A stretch of DNA of 64,000 nucleotides from Selaginella moellendorffii. Its lineage: Eukaryota; Plantae; Lycopodiophyta. The notes below the pieces were generated by a model. That model was not told the origin of the DNA. It saw nothing but the letters and a program-made list of their open reading frames with translations, and made no database searches. Position numbers and translations under genes: made by a program. The stretch lies in contig NW_003314321.1 in NCBI RefSeq assembly GCF_000143415.4, positions 124,001 to 188,000 on the forward strand. Direction: 5' to 3'. Shown one piece after another: positions 24,640 to 37,700 of the stretch (position 1 is the first letter of the stretch; each line of letters begins with the position of its first letter).

Positions 24640-25802
24640 TCACATTTTTCCCTTCGATATACTTATTATAGATGTCTCTTTTGATAATCGAGCTTTATAC
24701 TGTGCTGGGTTTTGATTGTCTAAAAGCTCCTGGATAGGAGCAATTGTTGCTTGAGCACAAGGATTGAAGAAGAATGCCATTGACATCCTATATAAGTTAC
24801 GATTCACAATAGCTCTATGAATAACGCTCTTGAATATCCCATTTGTCATAATCTGTCCAAACATCCAAGTTAAAAATGAAATATACATATTAATTTAGTT
24901 TTTACTCACCTCAACTTGATCACCAACATTAACAATCAATGCATTTGAGTTACATTTCACATTATACCATTTACCTTCCTTTTGGATTTGTAATCCACCA
25001 ACTTGGTCTTGCCATAAAATTGTAATACCACCACTATCTGAGTGTGGATTAAGTCCAAGTGCAGGTTCTGGATCTGGACAAGGAGGATAATAATTCAGTT
25101 GAACAATCATCTCCTCATTGCTATATGTTTCTTGCAACTTGTTCTCATGTAAACCCAATGCTTTTGACATGACCATAAGTAGTTTTTTCCCCAATATTTG
25201 CATATGTTTGACATAATTCTTGGTCACCTCCCTGAAAATAGTTTGATAAGTATTAAATAAAATAATAATGGTCACATACCCATAATGGATTGGAATATTT
25301 GGGTATAGATGATTATCTAGATTATCACATTTGAACCAATGTTGAAGATGATCATGCCAATCCAAGTAAGATTCCTTACTAGGAGTAAGACTTGTGCAAA
25401 ACCTCATTGGGTTAAACACATCTTCAGAAAAATATTTCATTTTTTCTGTAGTTGACAAGTTGAAGAATGTATGTGTGTTTTTTACCATATCTTCAATTAC
25501 ATCTTCTGGCACTCCATGATTAACCAGCTATAAAATAAACACATTAATAAATATAATTTAACACTTATAAAGATCATAATTACCTCAAAAAATCCCCATT
25601 CCTCACAAGCAAATTTAATATCTTCCATTGCAGTCTTGCTTTGTAAATCAACACATGGAAGATCAATCCCTTCAAAAACCTCTTGTGGATTATGTCGCTT
25701 TTCGAATGGCTTTATATATGCACTAGGGAGAGATAAAACATTATGATCAACTAAGTCTTTTACACCTTTGAATGGAGAAGTTGGATCATAAGCAGGTGCC
25801 AT
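24640..25802 (-). CDS. 2-oxoglutarate/Fe(II)-dependent dioxygenase (DOXC class), 4 exons; possible 3' frameshift
   Basis: FACEEWGFFE, NYYPPCPDP, HSDSGGITIL (HxD), NVGDQ, KSVIHRA and RMSMAFF (RxS). Confidence 0.9.
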
Positions 25803-26461
25803 AACCTTAAAATATATTCAAACCTCAAACTCTATATCAAACTTCTGTCTTCTATCTTCCAACTGCTTTTGCTCTCAAGTATATTTGTGAAAGACCTAGC
25901 CCAATCTTATATACAAAAGTCACTGTACTTTCTATGAAATTTCATGTGCAAGTTATTTCTTCAGTTTTGTACTCTTGTTTTCAGTTCTGTATCTATTGAA
26001 GATATTCTATGAAACTTCAAATTCAAGTTATTTCTTCAACATTGTATGCTTGTGGTCAATATAAAAACAAATATAAAATCTCTCATTTTCAAAGACAATC
26101 TTCGATAAAACACAAATATTTGTTTTCAAATGTTGCTGCCTGACAACACAAATTGACAATCTTCACTCCAGTCCAATTCAAAGTCAACATAGCAAACAAT
26201 ATTAAATTCTAACTTCCGGTTCTACCTCATACCATGCTACCTCCATACTACATGTAGTTTCTTTGTAAGCTGGATGGAAGCATCACAACTTAGCCGTGTC
26301 AAGGATAGGTAGGGACCAAACTGAAATTTCTTCTCGAATTCCAAACTAATCTCGAAAGAATACGAGCCACCAGTAAGACACGAAGAAGCCCCACGAATCT
26401 TCTCGTGATAGCCGAAATTAGGGTTTATATATGGTGTGCGAGGAAGGCGTAAGTACCAGCC

Positions 26462-26990
26462 ATGGCTGCCCGGACTCCATGGTGCATGTGGCTGGTTCTG
26501 GTCTGTGCGGTTGTGGCTGTATCATCCGCCGGTGCTTTGATTCACTGAAAACTTTTCTCTTGATCATGCGATCTAGGTGACCAAACTGATGAAGCATGGA
26601 GATTGCAAGTCACGGCAATGATCCATGAGTCATTTGGGACTGGTGCCGCCTCTCTCCCCAGAAGCGATGTATGTTCTTCACATGGCGACCTCTTTGCGTG
26701 CTTGCAATCTGTGTTCTTGCATTTCTGCCTATGGGTATAGAGGTATGTGTCACTGGATCACACATCCCTTCCGCATAGCCTCCTCTTTGTTTCGATGCCT
26801 CCGCTGGCTACGCTGCAAGCCCCTGAGCATTGGAGGGGTGTTCTTGGGTTTTGCTGCGGTTTTGATCATCGGAATTGCTAGCAAGTCCGATGGTGACAAA
26901 GTCATCACTTTCCTGTCGGATTTGATGGCTTTTCTGGCGGCTATTGCGTTTGTAGGCTACATGTTTGCTGGAAACAATCTGAGAAGTGAA
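26462..26990 (+). pseudogene. EamA/DMT-type transporter pseudogene
   Basis: Hydrophobic segments LVCAVVAVSSAGAL, WRLQVT, SLDHTSLPHSLLFVS and DLMAFLAAIAFVGY lie in shifting frames. Confidence 0.6.
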
Positions 26991-27153
26991 GCTCTAGACT
27001 TATCTTTCTCTTTTTCTTTGCAAACTTGGATGATCTTTGCAAGTGTTGGATTTTATTCAACGAAAAAGGTGATTGATTCTTCTAGTTGGAGGAAAATGGT
27101 CGCAGTCTATGTAACTCTTGCGTATTACATTCTTAGAAAGATGGAAAAAGAAG

Positions 27154-27178
27154 TGCGGTGAGCGTGGATTGAACACGC

Positions 27179-27221
<43 letters not shown>

Positions 27222-27226
27222 CCCGC
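27154..27226 (-). tRNA. tRNA-Phe (GAA)
   Basis: Reverse complement GCGGGGATAGCTCAGTTGGGAGAGCGTCAGACTGAAGATCTGAAGGTCGCGTGTTCAATCCACGCTCACCGCA, a typical plant cytosolic tRNA-Phe. Confidence 0.97.
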
Positions 27227-27299
27227 TTAATATCCTAGAATATTTACAGAGATCGATTCCTTTACTTTGAGACGCCAGCGCGGTGATCAAATCGTTTTG

Positions 27300-27700
27300 T
27301 TTGCCAACACCACCAACGCGGATCCAAAGTTTTGCTCCAGTACCGACTTGATCTCCACGGCGGTGTGCTTGAGACTCCCGCAGCTGTTGCAAGCACACAG
27401 CAAGCAAAGCCACTCCACCACGGTAGCACAATTCGGCATGAACCCTCACCGGCTCTTGCACGTATCCGGCCCTGGCCAACAAGTCCACCATGCAGCAGAG
27501 GTTTAGGAGAGGTTAGCCATTGCTCTCAAGTTCCTCTCTTTGTGCAGGAGACAAGGTAGATGGCTGGTGCATCTATGCACTGGGCTGCAACACTCAGCAG
27601 CAATCGCGAAACTTCCCCTGCCAAGCACTCCAAAGAAAGCCAGCAACCATGGTATGCCACAACTGCCATTGATAAGATCTCAGTCTCTTTTCTAAAAACT
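27300..27700 (-). pseudogene. PPR gene C-terminal remnant
   Basis: MVDLLARAGYVQE motif plus frameshifted E-motif-like residues. Confidence 0.5.
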
Positions 27701-28849
27701 TTAAAACTTCTTTTTCCAACTCATTGTGGCAGATCCAACACCAGGACAATAGTCAAAGCTCTAAGTGCTTATATATATTGCAAGTGTGAGGTGTTTTATA
27801 TGCAACTTTTGATAAATTCACAACTCTCTTTTGTGTTTTTAGGCATCATGAAATTGAGTGCTTTTCCAGAGCTGGTGATCAAGATGGCCAGATCGTTTAT
27901 CACATCTCTAACTCAAGGCAACCAAGTTAAGTACTGGATAAGGATAATAACGACCTTTCATTGTTTTGAAATGGACTGAAGGTGGTCGTGTAGATGGATC
28001 TCATTGCTTGTGGCATTAGGCATGTTTAAATATCTTGAGAATAAAAATATAATTATAACCTAAACTAAAATCTTATAAAAATATTATATAAAGTAAATGA
28101 AATTGTCATAGAAACTATTCTGTAAACCTTGTACCAAACAGAAAGAAAATATTTTAAGATATATACATATAGTATAAAAAACTAACTTATATACTATGGA
28201 AAAAACCCTAAATATATCCACCTAAAACTATTGTATAAAACACAAGTTCACATTTTTTTAACCATATCAGTTTAAACATAAGTATAAATAATAAAACTTA
28301 TATAAAAACTTTATACACCTTCTAATGCTTGAAATGGTGGAATATTGATAAAGAAATCCATAAAGATAGATTTCCAAAACCCTCAAGCAAGAAGAAGTGG
28401 TTGGAAAGTATATTGAGGTGTCTTGGTTTATTGATATATATAATAAATATAAATAAAGTTTTTAAATACTTCTGCATATAGGGCCACCAAAATTGATATT
28501 AGATTAATTCCAATGTTTTACAGATACTAAAGTTTCTTATTGCTAAGGGATGCTTGGATGATATGTTACTACATCTCACCATTATATATATACAACAATG
28601 TATATCAATAAAGTAGCCCATCCCAAAATTATAATCACTATATGGGGTTGAAAAAGCACTAAAAAAAATTTCAATTATTAAGCTTTCTGAATAAATGGAT
28701 TAGTGGATTCAATTTGCTTCAATTTGCTTCAATTTGCAACTTGAGGGAATGATCAAGATAAGTAGAAAAGTTGTGCAAGGGCACTCCCATCACTGGATTT
28801 CCATGGAAATAACAAACATTTTGTGTCATTAAAATGTTGAGTATATGAA

Positions 28850-30100
28850 GCACTAAGTATTGAATCAAAAGTTAAGTTGGAAGTGAGGAAAGTTTAATGT
28901 TAAAATGTAGGGTTTTTAGGTGAAGGTGTGAGATAATTGTGTTGAGTAAAAGCATCAACATTTCCATTCTCTAAATGATATATAATCACAAATTAGAAAT
29001 GAGATAGTTATTAGGACCACCATATTTAATGCCGATTGAGAATGAATGTTGAAAATCAATATTGGAGTAATCACTGTAGACAATAATCATGTGATGAGAA
29101 TACTCAAAGAAATAATACCATACTTCAAAGGGTTAATAATTGCAATAACTCTTTGTTAAAGATATCATAATTGATCTTTACAACTGTGTACTTCTAAGAG
29201 TGAAAAACAATCAAATGAAACCCCCTTTTATAACAAGATAACACCTAAAACAAAATTTTAAGCATCTATCTCAAAAAAATATAACCTTATGTTGTCTTGA
29301 TGAATGAAAATTAAAATGGAAGTGAATGCAAATTTCAAGAGATAAAAAAAGTCTGAGCAACAAAAGATCACACAAAAAAGGCATTTTTTATGGTGAGTCA
29401 TGCTAAAGGGAAGAAGGTGCTAGAGAATACGATAGTCATGCTCTTTTTGAATTTCAAAGTATATAAGAAGATTGTCAAAATAAATAACAATAAAGATATC
29501 AAGGATGCCATTTACCATATATTGAAAAATAACAAGAGCATTGGTTAACCAAAATGCACCATCATTTATTAGAATTGATTATAATAAGTATGAAAGGCTA
29601 TTTTCTACTCATCACTATCCCAAATGCATGAGGTTATAAATACCATACAAGTCAATCTTGGTGAAGAATGATGCCTTAAAGAGCTACTTTAACATCTCAA
29701 GGAGGAAACAAGAAAGGGGCATCCCAATAAGAAAAACTTTATTCAAGCCCATACAAGAAGTTAAAGTGGAATATTGGTTAGGTTACATAGTGATTTGGAG
29801 CATAACTTAAGAAAGCTATGGAAGTCAAAGTGCCATCAGTTTTGCTTGCATAATAACTACTTACTCTAAACTAACAAATTGTTATTAGTTGAATAATATG
29901 TTGAGGCTATAAGTGGAGATTGCTCCAACATTAAATTTGATATAACTTTTATTGCCTAGAAATTAAACTAGTCTATAAATCTATTTTGGGTATACATACA
30001 TACTAATCTCAAATGGCATAAACACATAAATATAGGTTTGTGGTTTGATTCTTGCCATAGCCAATAATGAATATACTTTTGAGAGATGGCAAATATATAA
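28850..30100 (+). mobile_element. Possible highly decayed hAT transposase relic
   Basis: Fragments GVITVDNNHVMR (about 29065) and LQ*LFVKDI (about 29140) resemble the hAT ITDN and LLxKDI motifs. Confidence 0.3.
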
Positions 30101-31129
30101 CACTAGACTATAGAGCATATTTGTTGTGAATGTGATTTTAAGTATCAAATTATACTTTTCAGCCAATCCTTATAGACATTCTCTTTATTGCCACAATAGC
30201 AAGATATCATTATTGTTCTCTTTATAGTTTTTACTTGAGTTAATTAAGAAACTGATTAATATATGTGTTTTTAAATCAGATAAACATAAAGTAGAAAATC
30301 CTATATGTGTCTTGTTGAGCATACTTAGCTCAGTTTGAGAAACTCAAGCCATTGGTTTGCACTTACTAATATTAGAACATAAGAATATACATTTATGATA
30401 TTGAGTTTAGACCCTTAATATTGCTATATGATAATTTACCATGTCTATAACACACCCTGCCTCATGCGTTGGTCCCATTTTGGTTCCATATACTATGGTA
30501 AGTGTCTAAATTTACTTAAGAGGCATATTTATGGAATATAGAAAGTGTGCTAAATCTCATGGTTTTGTTTCTATGTCCTAATTAACAATTTAACAATTCC
30601 ATATTTAGTAAATTGAAAGCATGGTTGCCCATTTGAGATATTAGTTTGGCTCCTATCAAGTTGTATTGCTCTTTATTCTACATCCAACTTGGGTTTAAGC
30701 TTAAGCTTCATATTGTTCTAGTTGGTGGGTACCCTCCTCCTCACGTTAGGCCATTGCTATGCCAAAATTGTATTTGTCTAACATTGTTTTGCATGCATAT
30801 GCTAAATATAAATAGTTGGTGCTCATAGGGGATATTGAGTGCATACCAAACTTTTATTTCGTAGGGCAATGGGCTTAAAGTTTAAATTCAAGTGCACTAT
30901 ATTTGGTATCAGAATTATCTCAATGATTTCTATCCAACTTTTGTCGGAGTTTTTAACTCTAATTTTATACACAAAGACTTTTGTAGTAAATTCAAAGTGA
31001 CATATGTAAGATTAATTGAATTGCACCATCCAATAAGAATATTATATGCATATTTATTTATTAATAAATGTATATATATAATTGGTAAGATGGCAAAAAA
31101 GAATTGTATATGGTGCTAAAACCTCTAGA

Positions 31130-31560
31130 CAAGTGAATCAAAAGGAGGAAACTCCTATTGAAGATGCTAAGGAAAAGGCCAAGGTTGTATCAAAAGAGGA
31201 AAAGCTTAAAGTTATAGTGCTATAGTGTATAATTCAAGATGTTGAGATTGAAAATTTATAAGAAGTTTGTAAATTGAAGGAGAAAAAAAAGAAAAAGAAA
31301 GAAGTTGATGCAACAAAATTAGCTAAACTTAAGAAATTAAACTCCTTTTTAAGCTCTAAGGGCGATAAAGTTCTACAATTCCCCCTAAGCCCTTGAAACC
31401 ACCCAATTTCAAAGGTATGTGGGACTATTAAGTTTTGGGAGACTAAGTCTATAATATGAAAAACTATTCCATAGTAGTATATGTAGATGATTATATAAAA
31501 ATTGCATGTATGCTATCCTTTCTCACTAATCAAATAAAAAGAAGATATAATTTCTTTCAA
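31130..31560 (+). mobile_element. Possible retrotransposon gag relic
   Basis: KPLKPPNFKGMWDY...VYNMKNYS...KIACMLSFL, with stops. Confidence 0.35.
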
Positions 31561-32578
31561 CAGCTCTTTAAGCTTTTGAATGCATTGGAAATCCATATAG
31601 ACTTTACAATATCTGTAGGTTTAAAAAAAAAATAAATTCAAAGAAATTCTAATAGTATATAGTTTTAATTCTTTATACATTTAAGACATTTTTGTTTTCC
31701 AAGGCACTTAATTATCAAATGTAAATATTCTTAGAAGCTAAAAAGTCAAATACATTCACAAAGAAAGGTTCTATAATTTTCCAAGTGAATTCTTTGACTT
31801 TTTATATGCAAACAAAAAATCATGTAGTAGCCAATTAGAGGAAAAAACATATAAATAAAATACATGAGCAAGTCTTAGATGTAAATAGAAATAGGATCAT
31901 CAAGCTACTTAGCTTGGTTCATCACATGGTTATAACTATAATCCTGTCTCATCTTATATTAACCCAATATCAACAAAGGAAGTGGTGATTACAATAAGTG
32001 AGGCAGTTTAAAGGGATTTACATTAGCAAATCAACAGCAGTCGCTTATTCTTAATCTTGATAGGTGAGAGTATTGATTGGACACTAAAGCTTCCTGCATA
32101 ATCTACATTTAGTTCTTGGGATAGAGCATTTAATGTGTGGATGAACATGAAAAATAAAAAAAGTGGTGATATATTACTTAATTAAATAGAATGAAAGCTT
32201 TTATTGTCTTTTATCTTTCATTTGAAAAATAAATTTCATTTTTACCTTTTCACATGAAATCTTCTAAGGAAAAGGAAATAAGCCTTTTAAATTTTGGCAA
32301 AAAGAATAATGATATCAATAACAAAAATTTGATATTACCTTATGTGCTTAAAGCTTTTGTGGTTGCTATGTCATGGCCCTCTATGTCAAATGATTTACTC
32401 ATTATAGGTGATGACCCCAATGCCATTGCTACTTTAAGCTGATGTTAATTAGTGATTCCAGATGAAGGACATTGGCCAGGTCTCCTACTTTCTTAAACAT
32501 GTAATAATAGCCATGCTGAATAAAAAGTCGTCAGCATCAAAGCAAGAGGAAACAAAGAAATTTATAACGTCCTCATAG

Positions 32579-34915
32579 TCATCTCTGGCATGGCTTACCA
32601 GCCAGAGCTTCTTTTCCCTCATAGAGATTTGCAAGCAGCACATAAGCAGCTGAGTTTCCAGGCTCCAGATCAAAGACATGCTCAGCCGCATATTGTCCCA
32701 GCTCAATGTTACGGTGGATCACACACGCTCCAAGCAGAGAGCCCCACTCTCCAACATCAGGAACAAAAGGCATGCAATTTATAAGGTCCAAGGCCCTTTG
32801 AAACCGCCCCGCTCGTCCCAAAACATCCACCATTGCAGTGTAATGCTCCTTGATCGTCTTGAGCCTGTGATCCATGGTTAACAAGCGGAAAAACTTCCAG
32901 CCCTCTTCAACCATACCTTTGAAGCTGCAAGCCTTGATGGTGGACACGAATATGATCTCGTCAGGCTCGATGCCCTCAGCTTCAAGGGCTCGGAAGAGAT
33001 CCAGACACTCGCTACTGTAGCCATAGTTGCAAAATGTTCCAACCATTGTGCTCCATGAAACGAGGTCGTGCTTGGGGATGCGATCAAACAGCCTTTTAGC
33101 TCCATCAATATCCCCATCTTGCGAGAGCCCTGCAACGAGGCAATTGGAAGACGCTACATCCTGTGCGGGCATGGCATAGAACATTCGCTTGGCATCCTGG
33201 ATATACCCATTTTGGGCATATGCCGCCACCATTGCATTGAGTGCCACGACACTATAGTCGGGCATCTTGTCGAACAAAACCTTTGCTTCCTCCACTCCCT
33301 TATTTTGCGCAATCGCCCACACCATCGCCGTCCATGACACTATGTTTTTTTCAGGCATGGAGTTAAAGACTCGCTCCACTCCATCAAACTCCCCATTCGT
33401 GGCAAATCCCGACAGCATAATACTCCACGAGAACATGTCCCTCACGGGCATGGCATCAAACATGGCCTTGGCCTGTGGAACATTCCCGCTGTCGCAATAA
33501 GCCTGGATCATCGCGTTCCACGACACCAGGTTTCTCTCCAGCACAGAGTCAAACATTGACTTGGCGGTCTGGAGCTGACCGGCCTGTGCGTACCCGGCAA
33601 TCATCGTCGTCCAGGAAACAACACTCCACACAGGCATCGCGTCAAACAGCTTCTTGGCGCGGTCAATGCTGGTCGGCGTGTAAGCCGCCAGCATTGTGTT
33701 CCAGACCACCACGTCCCTGTGTTCCAGCTGCTCAAATAGGAGCTCCGCCTCTTCCAAACGCCCGCCTGCCACGTAGGCCTGAATCATCGCATTGTGAGCA
33801 ACCGGATCTCGGTCGGGCATGGAGTCGAAGATGGCGCGAGCTTCCGCCAGATGCCCATTCTGAGCATATGCCGACAGCATCCCGGTCCACGTGACCACGT
33901 TCCGCTGCGGCATCCGGTCAAACATTGACTTGACGGTCTCCAGGTCTCCGTCTAGGGAACACGCGCGGACCATAATATTCCACGACCAGAGGTCGCGTCG
34001 TGGCATGTGGCGGAACTCGCGGCTGGCCTCTTCCAAATGCCCGCTCGCGGCATACGCATTGATGATTGCGTTCCACGAGGCGACATCTTTGTCGGGCATG
34101 GAGTCAAACACTCTCTTTGCTTTTTGCAGTAGGCCCTTTTGAGCGTAGACCGTGATCATCGAGTTCCAGGACACGATGGTCCTCTCCGGCATCTCCGCAA
34201 AGAGCTTCTCAGATTCCTCCAGATTCCCTGCCTGGGCATATGCCGCGATCATAGCGCTCATGGTGATGACGTCCCACGCTGGCATCGTTTCAAACATTTT
34301 CTTTGCCGAGGCCACATCGCTACGGCGGACATACGCCGCGATCATAGTGTTCCACGACACAGCGTTTTGGAAAGGCATCTCGCGAAACAGCGTCATTGCG
34401 CTGGCAAGATCCCCATGCTCGGTATATCCCAACAGCATTGTCGTGTAAGTCACTGTGTTCCTTGCCGGCATCTTCTGAAAGAGCTCATTGGCGTCTCGCA
34501 CGCAACCTTGCCGGGAGTAGGCCGCAATGATTCCATTCCACGACACCACATCTCTGTCTTCCATCTTATCGAACAAAGCGCGTGCGTCGTCAAGATGCCC
34601 TGCCTGGGCATATGCGGTAACGATGATATTCCACGAATACACATTAGGGTTCTCCATCTTGTCGAAGATGGTGCGCGCTTCCTCGGGGCTGCCGCATTTC
34701 CCGTACATGTCCATGAGCAGATTGTCGAGAAAGGCATCGTCCTTGAGCTGGCTTTTGAGAATCAAGGAGTGCAAGAGCCTGCCCTCTTTCAAATTCTTGG
34801 TGGCGATGCAAGTTTTGACAAGGTTGGCGTAGACACTTTGGATGTTGGCCTTGTCAACTTCCTTGAGCTTTAAACGCTGCTGGAGCTCTGCTACTCCTTG
34901 TAAACAAGAGGACAT
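32579..34915 (-). CDS. Pentatricopeptide repeat protein, PLS class with long S-repeat run and E domain
   Basis: Intact 778-aa ORF with MYGKCGS, many VSWNxMIxAY repeats, MVDVLGRAG and WGSLLGAC. No DYW domain. Confidence 0.96.
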   Translation of the reverse strand: MSSCLQGVAELQQRLKLKEVDKANIQSVYANLVKTCIATKNLKEGRLLHSLILKSQLKDDAFLDNLLMDMYGKCGSPEEARTIFDKMENPNVYSWNIIVTAYAQAGHLDDARALFDKMEDRDVVSWNGIIAAYSRQGCVRDANELFQKMPARNTVTYTTMLLGYTEHGDLASAMTLFREMPFQNAVSWNTMIAAYVRRSDVASAKKMFETMPAWDVITMSAMIAAYAQAGNLEESEKLFAEMPERTIVSWNSMITVYAQKGLLQKAKRVFDSMPDKDVASWNAIINAYAASGHLEEASREFRHMPRRDLWSWNIMVRACSLDGDLETVKSMFDRMPQRNVVTWTGMLSAYAQNGHLAEARAIFDSMPDRDPVAHNAMIQAYVAGGRLEEAELLFEQLEHRDVVVWNTMLAAYTPTSIDRAKKLFDAMPVWSVVSWTTMIAGYAQAGQLQTAKSMFDSVLERNLVSWNAMIQAYCDSGNVPQAKAMFDAMPVRDMFSWSIMLSGFATNGEFDGVERVFNSMPEKNIVSWTAMVWAIAQNKGVEEAKVLFDKMPDYSVVALNAMVAAYAQNGYIQDAKRMFYAMPAQDVASSNCLVAGLSQDGDIDGAKRLFDRIPKHDLVSWSTMVGTFCNYGYSSECLDLFRALEAEGIEPDEIIFVSTIKACSFKGMVEEGWKFFRLLTMDHRLKTIKEHYTAMVDVLGRAGRFQRALDLINCMPFVPDVGEWGSLLGACVIHRNIELGQYAAEHVFDLEPGNSAAYVLLANLYEGKEALAGKPCQR

Positions 34916-35135
34916 GAAGAAGAAGCTCTATCAATCATCTCACCCGTGATTGAAATACTCGGAACAAAATCTCAGGATCAAGATTCTCAGCTTAACAAGA
35001 TCTTTCTAGGACCAAGATTTTCCGAATAGATCCAAAAGACAATTGGATTCTTTTAAGGATTTCTTTCAATGATCGATCCTTCTTGAGTGATCGATCACTT
35101 AAACCTGTAGATAATCATAGATGATGGACTCTTCT

Positions 35136-36251
35136 TCAAGAGGTCAAGCTGTTCTTGTACCACATGATCCCCTCTCCAGCGGCATCCGGCTCCACGAACA
35201 CGCAATCCTTGTACTCCCTCCAGATCGCAACCAGGACTGGAGTTTTATCGCACAAGTAGTAGCGCCCAAGCACCGATCTCACAGCCGCGGTGGCCTCCTG
35301 GGCGTGATAGTGCGGCATGCTCGAGAAGAAATGGTGGACGACGTGAGTGTCGGTGATGTGGTGGAAGATCGTGTTGAGAATCCCATAATCCCTGTCCACC
35401 GTGACGAGCGCGCCGCGAATCCAATCCCACTCCGAGTCCGCGTAGTGCGGGAGCGCGACGTGAGTGTGCTGGAGATACGTGATCGTCACGAGCCATGCAT
35501 TGACGATCATGAGAGGGACGCCATAGACCTTGAGCAGCCACACGAATCCCGCGCTCCAGCCCAGGTAGATCAGCCCCGCGGACACCGCCAGCAAGCCCAG
35601 ATCGCTGGCCACGATCTGGAGCTTCTCCCGCCGGTTGAAGATCGGGGAGTTTGGATCGAAGTGGCTGGCCAAGCGCGGGTACTTGCGGCCCGAGACGTTG
35701 AGGAGGAGATAGCTCGGCCAGCCGAGCGTGAGCATGAAGAGGATGGAGAAGATCCGGCCGGGAGTGTGCTGGAGGAATGGCGTCAATGCGCTCAGGCCAT
35801 CCTTCTCCTTGGGGACGAACACCTCGTCGCGATGGATGCTGCCATTGTTTGCGTGGTGGCGGGCGTGGCTGTACTTCCACGAGAAGAATGGGACGAGCAA
35901 GCACGAGTGGATCACGAATCCCACCGCGTTGTCCACGCCCGCGTAGTCGCTGAATGCGCGGTGGCCGCATTCGTGGGCGATGACCCACAATCCGGTAGCC
36001 ACGCAGCCCTGCGCGATCCAGTAAGCCCCCCAGAGCATCCACTGGAAGATCCCCGGCGGCGCTACGATCTCCACGAACCTGGTGAGGTAGAAGAGGATCG
36101 CGACGCCCAGGAGGTCCACCAGGAGGTACGCCGAGGATCGCAGCAGCGATCGCTGGAAGCAGTGCTTGGGCACGGCCTTTTTGATGTCGCCCAGCGAGAA
36201 AGGGGGCTTTCCGGTGGGGACTCGATCCAGGAGCTTGGCGTCACACTCCAT
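35136..36251 (-). CDS. FAD2: Omega-6 (delta-12) fatty acid desaturase
   Basis: 371-aa intronless ORF with His boxes HECGH, HARHH and HVVHH, plus KPPFSLGDIKKAVPKHCF. Confidence 0.95.
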   Translation of the reverse strand: MECDAKLLDRVPTGKPPFSLGDIKKAVPKHCFQRSLLRSSAYLLVDLLGVAILFYLTRFVEIVAPPGIFQWMLWGAYWIAQGCVATGLWVIAHECGHRAFSDYAGVDNAVGFVIHSCLLVPFFSWKYSHARHHANNGSIHRDEVFVPKEKDGLSALTPFLQHTPGRIFSILFMLTLGWPSYLLLNVSGRKYPRLASHFDPNSPIFNRREKLQIVASDLGLLAVSAGLIYLGWSAGFVWLLKVYGVPLMIVNAWLVTITYLQHTHVALPHYADSEWDWIRGALVTVDRDYGILNTIFHHITDTHVVHHFFSSMPHYHAQEATAAVRSVLGRYYLCDKTPVLVAIWREYKDCVFVEPDAAGEGIMWYKNSLTS

Positions 36252-36750
36252 GGCGCTAGAGCCCTAGAAATCCCCTCCTGCGCGAAACAATCCCTGGCGC
36301 CGCCCAGAAAAAGATCGAATTTGGAAAGAATGTGGGCTTGCTACCGCTACTGCTGCTGCTAGCGAATGATTGATCGATGGATCCACGCCACAGCCCCGGC
36401 GGTAGCACAGCCCTCTCTCTCCCCCCAACGCAATCGAATCGAAGAGCCCTAAAGGTACTGTCGGGGACAGAAGCCCATGATGGGCCGCGATCAAATAGAG
36501 CTCTCCAGTTGGATCCAACGGCTGTGGCGTGTAACTGTCCACCCAATAGCCCACTGCCACGTGCGCCATTCTTACACACCGCGTTTCTCGAGCAGATCTT
36601 TTTTCTACAAAAACGAGGATCACGGGGCGGCAAAGTAACTGTAGCAATTATTACACAAGAAACATCACTTGGGAAATATTTTTCTCTCTTCTACGTTCTT
36701 CATCGTTTTGTTTTTTACAATGTTAAAACGTAGTACTTGGGTGATCATGA

Positions 36751-37234
36751 TCAGAACTTTGATAGGCATTTCTGGAAGAACACAAAGATGACGAAGATTA
36801 AGAAAAGAGAGATTTTTCCTTTTTTTTCCTAGAAAATCCGCCTCTTTGCTTACCGAGAGGAACCAGCAGATGAGTATAACGATGAGGATCAAGCCGGTGA
36901 GCCCAGCAGCCGCTTGAACCCACCATCCGAAGCTCTTCTTGCCCGACAAGCTTTGATCGTGATCGTGGTCGTGAGAGTCGCGGTCATAGTAGCCTGGAGG
37001 AGCGTAGTACTCGAGACACTTCCGAGTCGTGCAGCAATTCGAGCCTGTGCAGTAGCCATTCTGGCCGCAGCAAGTGTCCGTGGAGCAGTCGGAGCTTCCC
37101 AGCGATGGATTGCATCTGGTTATCACCTGGCCGGCAACGAGCACGAGCGAGGCCTGTGGTTTCTGGAAACTTACCAGCACTGTCAGCGAGATGGCGACGG
37201 CAACGATCGCTGGGAGTCGTCCTTTGCTGCTCAT
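36751..37234 (-). CDS. Small single-pass membrane protein with hevein/chitin-binding-like Cys-rich ectodomain
   Basis: Hydrophobic N-terminus, CNPSLGSSDCSTDTCCGQNGYCTGSNCCTTRKC and TM helix LTGLILIVILICWF. Probable intron at about 36772-36853. Confidence 0.6.
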
Positions 37235-37576
37235 TCTTTTCCAGAGCGGCCTGAGCGAGTGCCTCGAGCTTTCTTGCGGCCCCTGGGGTGAAGATAATGT
37301 ATAGATGTTCCTGGAACACACACCAGAGAAAGTAAGTCTTGGAGAACATCACTTGTTCCAATGATTTACCTGTAGGTCGAATAGAATGAAAGAAAAGCAA
37401 AGGTGCATATAGCTTTACCTCGGGAATCTTGTCACATAGTGGCAGCTGAGATCATCCTCGGTCCTCATATCTTTCTTTGAATATAAACGTCAGTGGCAGA
37501 ATCATTTCGTACAGCAACATCCACTTTGACGGAAGAAAGATGGCACGTAACAAGAGGAACGTGTCGGTTATACCAT

Positions 37577-37658
37577 CGTCAACAGCAGGATTCGAACCTG
37601 CGAGGGTGAAACCCAACAGATTTCAAGTCTGTCTCCTTAACCACTCGGACATGTTGAC
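37577..37658 (-). tRNA. tRNA-Ser (TGA)
   Basis: Reverse complement GTCAACATGTCCGAGTGGTTAAGGAGACAGACTTGAAATCTGTTGGG...GCAGGTTCGAATCCTGCTGTTGACG, with a long variable arm. Confidence 0.96.
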
Positions 37659-37700
37659 ATCTTTGCTAACGAGAAGGAAAAAAGAAATCTAACCTGCGTT

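Noticed and set aside
35121-36362. 413-aa plus-strand ORF, and antisense ORFs over the PPR gene
   Set aside because: These are shadow frames of GC3-rich FAD2 and PPR coding sequence, with no recognisable motifs.
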